From Macrostomum lignano (lineage: Eukaryota), in assembly GCA_002269645.1 (NCBI GenBank), contig NIVC01001666.1, forward strand, positions 124,001 through 188,000: DNA of 64,000 bases, written 5' to 3'. The position numbers were made by a program, and so were the translations under genes. Below the pieces are notes generated by a model. That model did no database searches and was not told where the DNA came from. It saw only the letters and a list, made by a program, of their open reading frames with translations. Positions 61,941 through 64,000 of this stretch are shown piece by piece (position 1 is the first letter of the stretch; each line of letters begins with the position of its first letter).

Positions 61941-62233
61941 CAGCGAGTTGAAAAGCGAGAGAGAGACGACAGAGACACACCAAAAGGTAATAAAAACAAA
62001 TAACTAATTAAACGGGACAATTAGTGGGTTGAGTAATAAGCAGACAATAATGCCACCACTTAGTTGGCCTCATTAAATACTACTACAACAGAACAGACAG
62101 AGGTTGGACTTGTTCTCATTTGGTAGCGTCAGAAATATTGGCAGACAAAATAACAAAATAATGAATATAAATAAAAGTACACCTTCCTACCGCAGACAAA
62201 TTTGCCAATTATTTAAGTTGGCAACCAGCTCAC

Positions 62234-62329
62234 CCGTATTCTCCTGCAGAGTCTTGGGCGTATTGGTGCGGTTAATGATGTCAGTCAGCGGGTCTATGAT
62301 CTTCTCCACGTACGGCTTGATTTCCGAGC
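62234..62329 (-). CDS. TNPO1: Transportin exon
   Basis: GSEIKPYVEKIIDPLTDIINRTNTPKTLQENT; phase 1 at both ends. Confidence 0.9.
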
Positions 62330-62419
62330 CTAAGATTGGGTTTACGGGATGTTTTTATAGTTTTTAGGCTATCAGGATTACCGAGAAGACCAAGACAGTT
62401 AGGGAATAAAATCTGATTT

Positions 62420-62960
62420 GGGGATCATAGCAATGGGATCAGGTGAGTTGGGAGTCATAGAAATAGGATCTGGGGATTTTGATAATGAAGTCAGGTGATT
62501 TTGGGATCATAACAATGAGATCAGGTGATTTAGGGATCATAACAATCGGATCAGGTGATTTGGGGATCATAACACTGGAATCTGAGGATTTAGGGATCAT
62601 AGAAATGGGATCAGGTGAGCTGGAATCATAACAATGTAATCAGGTGATTTGGGGATCATAACACTGGTATCTGAGGATTTAGGGATCATAGAAATCAAAT
62701 GGGATCAGGTGAGCTGGAATCATAGAAATCAAATGGGATCAGGTGAGCTGGAATCATAACAATGTAATCAGGTGATTTGGGGACCATATCAATGGGATCT
62801 GAGGATTTGGGAATCATAACAATGGGATCTGAGGATTTGGTGATCATAACAATGGGATCATTTGATTTAGGGATCATAAAAATTGGATCAGCTGATTTAG
62901 GGATCATAACAATGGGATCTGAGGATTTAGGGATCATAACAATGGGATCAGGTGATTTGG
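62420..62960. repeat. ~30-bp minisatellite (GGGATCATAACAATGGGATCAGGTGATTT) in a TNPO intron
   Basis: Direct. Confidence 0.85.
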
Positions 62961-63000
62961 GGATAAATTTCAGACGAATTAGCAGCACAAGAGTACAAAC

Positions 63001-63389
63001 CCAATCGAATGGAGATCTCGCCGATAGCCCAGATAGCATTATTGCATACGCTGATATTAACTGGATTAAGATTAGCGGCCAGCACCATTAGAAAATTGCC
63101 AACAGCCGGTCGCAGCTGATCAAAGCAGGCCTTGCTAAGATCGCCGAGCAGTGCGAAGGCGCTCTGCCTTACAATGGGTTGCGAGTCCTGCATGCAGTGG
63201 TAAAGCAGGTCTAGAATTGGCGAGCCCTGCACCAGTGGCTGAATCTCCGAGCCCAGGCCTTCGGCAACTCCGCTGAGCAAGTCCAGGCTGACTATCATGA
63301 AATCTTTGTCTGGCGCTTCGTTTGCTTCTGGGTTCTGGAAGTGCAGCTGCTGCTGGCGCAGGGTGGTCTCAACCAGGCGGACGCAACGG
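63001..63389 (-). CDS. TNPO1: Transportin exon (HEAT repeats); the gene continues right of the window
   Basis: [10 protein letters not shown]...[23 protein letters not shown]...[16 protein letters not shown]...[17 protein letters not shown]1 versus TNPO2 cannot be resolved (likely single pro-orthologue). Confidence 0.95.
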
Positions 63390-63459
63390 CTAAAAGACGG
63401 GGTGGGGATTTCGGGCAGAATTAGCTAGGATTAGTGAGCGATACTTGTGTGATTTAGGG

Positions 63460-63720
63460 ATCACGATTCTTGGGATTTGAGGATCCATTTGGGATCATAA
63501 TTATAGAAATTTAAGGTTCATTTCGATTCATACTTCTGGTATATCAAGATTTTAGGATCATAATTTTGGGATCTCGTGATTTGGGGATAATAAATCTGGG
63601 ATCTCAAGATTTGGGGATCATTATTATGGGACTTTATGATTTGGGATCATGATTCTGAGATCTTATGATTTGGGGATCATGATTCTGAGATCTCCAGATC
63701 TAGGGATCAAAATTCTGAGA
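63460..63720. repeat. Degenerate ~30-bp GGGATC repeat in a TNPO intron
   Basis: Direct. Confidence 0.7.
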
Positions 63721-64000
63721 TCCGAGTGGTCTTGCACGATCTATTTGCTTTAACCGAACAAAGAGCTAGCCTGGAATGAAGGCTTGGCGTGCCTCCAAGT
63801 TGAGTCAATTGCAAGAGCGGGCTCACAAGTGTGCCAAGTTGTCACTAGGCGCAGTACGTATTAAATAATTTATTAAGCGCATAAAAAGGCGTGTATTTGA
63901 TCAATATTTGTCAGAGACAAAGTGCATAACGGACAGGCCTAAGCCAACTCGAAAATGCACAACTTTTCCCCCTGCAACACACCCCAGCCCAAGGGGGATC

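Overview
Eukaryotic (metazoan) genomic DNA; there are no prokaryotic features, CRISPR arrays, rRNA or tRNA genes that I can support. Minisatellite-packed introns, GC-rich exons and Q/A/H-rich proteins suggest a Macrostomum-like flatworm, but that is inference only. Three spliced host genes lie head-to-tail on the minus strand: the 3' exons of transportin (TNPO1/2-like, 58.0-63.4 kb), a complete three-exon FoxC gene (29256-33266), and the 5' exons of a carnitine O-octanoyltransferase-like gene (CROT, 0.6-14.2 kb). The most notable feature is a complete 10.65-kb CACTA/EnSpm-like DNA transposon (2820-13469) in CROT intron 1. It has TIRs, a TAT target-site duplication and a DDE transposase with one frameshift. 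It also carries three to four extra genes, including a coiled-coil + BEN-domain-like protein, and two non-coding motif arrays that could be binding platforms. Also present: a cluster of 8-bp-TSD MITEs, an RTE-like LINE remnant, a decayed Ty3/Gypsy element with a 13x70-bp amplification inside RT, and about 25 tandem-repeat arrays. One array carries a 5' splice-site consensus in most units and another starts at a 26-bp palindrome.
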